A DNA stretch of 64,000 bases from positions 608,001 through 672,000 of the forward strand of contig OZ242320.1 in NCBI GenBank assembly GCA_965208125.1, in the 5' to 3' direction. Numbering within the stretch: the stretch's first letter is position 1; every line of letters begins with the position of its first letter. Shown one piece after another: positions 60,545-64,000 of the stretch. Under the pieces are notes generated by a model. That model ran no database searches, had not been told where the DNA came from, and was given only the letters and a program-made list of their open reading frames with translations. Source of the stretch: Candidatus Latescibacterota bacterium (lineage in GTDB: Bacteria; Latescibacterota; UBA2968). The position numbers and the translations under genes are program-made.

Positions 60545-61594
60545 CTATTCCCCTATCAAAGACGGCGAAATATCGATACCCTTCTCGCGATAATAGCGCG
60601 CGGCACCCGGATGCAGGGGAACAACCAGGCCCATCGTCGCTTTCTCGAGAGACATTGCGAGCGTGGCCTTGTGGATATTTTGAATCTCCTCTAAATTCTC
60701 ATAAATAGTTTTTGTGATCTCATACACCACATCCTCGGGCAAATCTGCTCTACACGCCAAAAAATTGGGTTGTGCAATCGTCTCAATCGCTTCGGACTGC
60801 CCGGGATACGTATTGGCCGGAATAATATAACGCGTCCACATGGGAAACGCATTTTGGATCGCCGCGAGATGATCATCGCTAAAAGCAAGCACAGAAACCC
60901 CGTCCGCACCGATCTGGGCAAAAGCCTGCGTCACAGCAGCCACGGGCGGACCAGCCGAAAGCGTCGCCCCTGCGATACGGCCGTCAATCATAGCCTGAGC
61001 AGACGGACTATAGCCCAAATACTCAGACGTAAAATCCTCATCCGGAGAAATATTAAGCGCTGCGAGAATAGTTCGAGTCGCGCCTTCTGTACCACTGCCG
61101 CGTTTGCCAATAACGTATTTGCGGCCGAGTTTTCTCAAGTCCTCAACAGTACCTGTTTTGGCATCAGACGCCCGAAGTAGAAAATGCTCGACATTCTCCC
61201 ATAGCAGGGTAATAGATCGGAGTTCTCCAACCGCTTGCCCCTGATAAGTCCCTTCTCCGCGATAAGCCATCGCACCGTACAAACCCAGCAAAATCGCCAG
61301 ATGTGCCTCTCGATTGACCAGCATCTGAATATTCTCGGCCGACCCTGCAGAATTGATAGCTGCTACCACAATTTTGGGCTGTAGCTTCTGTGTAATCGTC
61401 GTACTCAGCGCTACACCCACCGGATAATACGTGCCTCCGGGCGTGGCTGTTGCAATAATCAAACTTTGCGTCTGCATACCCTCCTGCGGTGTCCCACAAG
61501 ACATAAAGAAGAAAAAGGTGAGAAGCAACCACAGATGAACACGGATAAACACAGATGAAAGGGAAGGATGCAAAAAGGAAGATATACGCGACAT
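60545..61594 (-). CDS. TAXI-family TRAP solute-binding lipoprotein
   Basis: FMSC lipobox, ATATPGGTYYPVG, GSAENI, PLHPGAARYYRE; start uncertain. Confidence 0.92.
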   Translation of the reverse strand: MSRISSFLHPSLSSVFIRVHLWLLLTFFFFMSCGTPQEGMQTQSLIIATATPGGTYYPVGVALSTTITQKLQPKIVVAAINSAGSAENIQMLVNREAHLAILLGLYGAMAYRGEGTYQGQAVGELRSITLLWENVEHFLLRASDAKTGTVEDLRKLGRKYVIGKRGSGTEGATRTILAALNISPDEDFTSEYLGYSPSAQAMIDGRIAGATLSAGPPVAAVTQAFAQIGADGVSVLAFSDDHLAAIQNAFPMWTRYIIPANTYPGQSEAIETIAQPNFLACRADLPEDVVYEITKTIYENLEEIQNIHKATLAMSLEKATMGLVVPLHPGAARYYREKGIDISPSLIGE

Positions 61595-61733
61595 AAAAAA
61601 CCTCATATCAAAAAAGTGAACAGATATTTATTAGCCTAATTATACCTGCCCACCTATATGCGTCAAGAGAAAACACCTTTGCGCCTTGACAACCCCTGTT
61701 GCGATTTCTATACTTCCCCTGAGGAGTAGTTCT

Positions 61734-62717
61734 ATGGATAACACGCGCACAACTCTCTTTTGCACACTCGTATCCGTCTTGCTCTTGTCTGGCTGTGCCG
61801 AGTATCGGGCGTATCGCCATTTAGACCGCGCTATTGCTCTCGAAGCCAATCGGGATTACGAAACCGCGCTCGCGATATTTCAGGCTGCTGTGGATATATG
61901 CCCTGAAGACGCGGTTTTGCGGCGGTGGTTGGGCAGGGCATATTTGAGGCGCAACCAATACGACGCAGCGCGAGCCGAGTTCGAAACGGCGCTCGGATTG
62001 GCACCTGATTATATGCGCTTGTACCGAGACCTCGCAATCGTCAATGAAGCCCTACAAAAGCCAGAAGTCGCTATCGCGTGGTTGGAAAAAGCCGTATCAC
62101 AGGTACCCGAGCATCGGGAATCTTACCGCGACCTCGTCAGTCTCTATCTGTCTCACGATCGGTTGAGCGAAGCGCAATCCCTTTTGGAAACAGTTGTCGA
62201 ACAGTGGCCAAAAACGATGTGGGCACATTTTCAACTGGGCGGTCTCTATATGGTATTAAAATGGCCCGAGCGCGCCGAAGAAGCTTATGTGCAGATACTG
62301 AACATCGAGCCAAAAAACGACAATGAAGCAGAAATACGAGCACGCACGCACGGCGAATTGGGCAATGTCTATTACGAGCGCAAAAACTATGAGCGCGCCG
62401 AGGAATTTTACAAAAAAGCACTGGAACTCAATCCCCTTGACGACAGCAGCCTGAACAATCTCGCCTGGATATACGCCATTCAGGGAATTCACCTGCGCGA
62501 AGGCATTCGCCTATCGCGGAGGTCTTTGCGCCTGCGCCCACACACCCCTTCCTACCTGGACACACTGGCCGAACTACATTACCAGATGGGCAATACCGAA
62601 CGCGCCATTTTCATTATTCGCCAGGCCATTGCATTGGATCCGGATAACCCGGAGATGCGCGCCCATCTACATCGGCAACTCGCCAAATTTATTTCCGGCG
62701 GACGGGGGAAGGTATAA
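61734..62717 (+). CDS. TPR lipoprotein
   Basis: LLLSGC lipobox, TPRs, LNNLAW...YLDTLA. Confidence 0.85.
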   Translation: MDNTRTTLFCTLVSVLLLSGCAEYRAYRHLDRAIALEANRDYETALAIFQAAVDICPEDAVLRRWLGRAYLRRNQYDAARAEFETALGLAPDYMRLYRDLAIVNEALQKPEVAIAWLEKAVSQVPEHRESYRDLVSLYLSHDRLSEAQSLLETVVEQWPKTMWAHFQLGGLYMVLKWPERAEEAYVQILNIEPKNDNEAEIRARTHGELGNVYYERKNYERAEEFYKKALELNPLDDSSLNNLAWIYAIQGIHLREGIRLSRRSLRLRPHTPSYLDTLAELHYQMGNTERAIFIIRQAIALDPDNPEMRAHLHRQLAKFISGGRGKV

Positions 62718-62718
62718 T

Positions 62719-62835
62719 GAATTAAAAATTGAGGAGCGGTGTAAAACTGGTCGCAGCCCAGACCAGTTCATTAAAAATTAAAAATCGGGAAGCAAGGCGG
62801 GCTAACCACTGACTACTGACTACTGGATACTGACT
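62719..62835. repeat. Heptamer tandem repeats (AATTAAA and ACTGACT types)
   Basis: AATTAAAAATTGAG, ATTAAAAATTAAAAAT, ACTGACT ACTGACT ACTGGAT ACTGACT. Confidence 0.55.
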
Positions 62836-62836
62836 T

Positions 62837-64000
<1,164 letters not shown>

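Noticed and set aside
2656-60593. Long antisense or alternative-frame ORFs (e.g. 6028-7284, 13680-14906, 25444-26676, 28005-29291, 30395-31582)
   Set aside because: They fully overlap well-supported genes, have biased composition and show no motifs; shadow ORFs

Overview
A gene-dense 64-kb bacterial chromosomal segment. The PorV/T9SS-like locus, a dockerin-like EF-hand C-terminal module, and the many sulfatases and TPR proteins suggest an FCB-superphylum lineage such as Latescibacterota or Gemmatimonadota-like (inference). It holds about 50 CDSs: catabolic enzymes, ABC and TRAP transporters, uxuA, rfbA, arsC, an aquaporin and the start of enolase. I saw no rRNA, tRNA, CRISPR array or transposase. 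Highlights: (1) Two genes are broken in the ORF track by an in-frame TGA exactly at a catalytic Cys position, so both are probable selenoproteins. One is a secreted UxxC redoxin fused to two Ig-like domains and a dockerin-like module (32631-33941, with a well-placed SECIS-like hairpin). The other is a rhodanese (44731-45555). (2) A largely translationally coupled run, TPR - compact YcaO - FGE-family lipoprotein - octaheme cytochrome/HEAT/TPR - HAO-like octaheme cytochrome (25351-32415), pairs a backbone-modifying enzyme with multiheme redox proteins and has no visible precursor peptide. (3) A SusD-less cassette of OM barrel - TonB-dependent receptor - T9SS-CTD cargo - PorV carries an internal promoter and a structured leader. 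(4) Unusual fusions: redoxin-heme-Cu monooxygenase, BNR propeller-amidase and HTH-acylase. All family calls come from motif recognition by eye; no searches were run.
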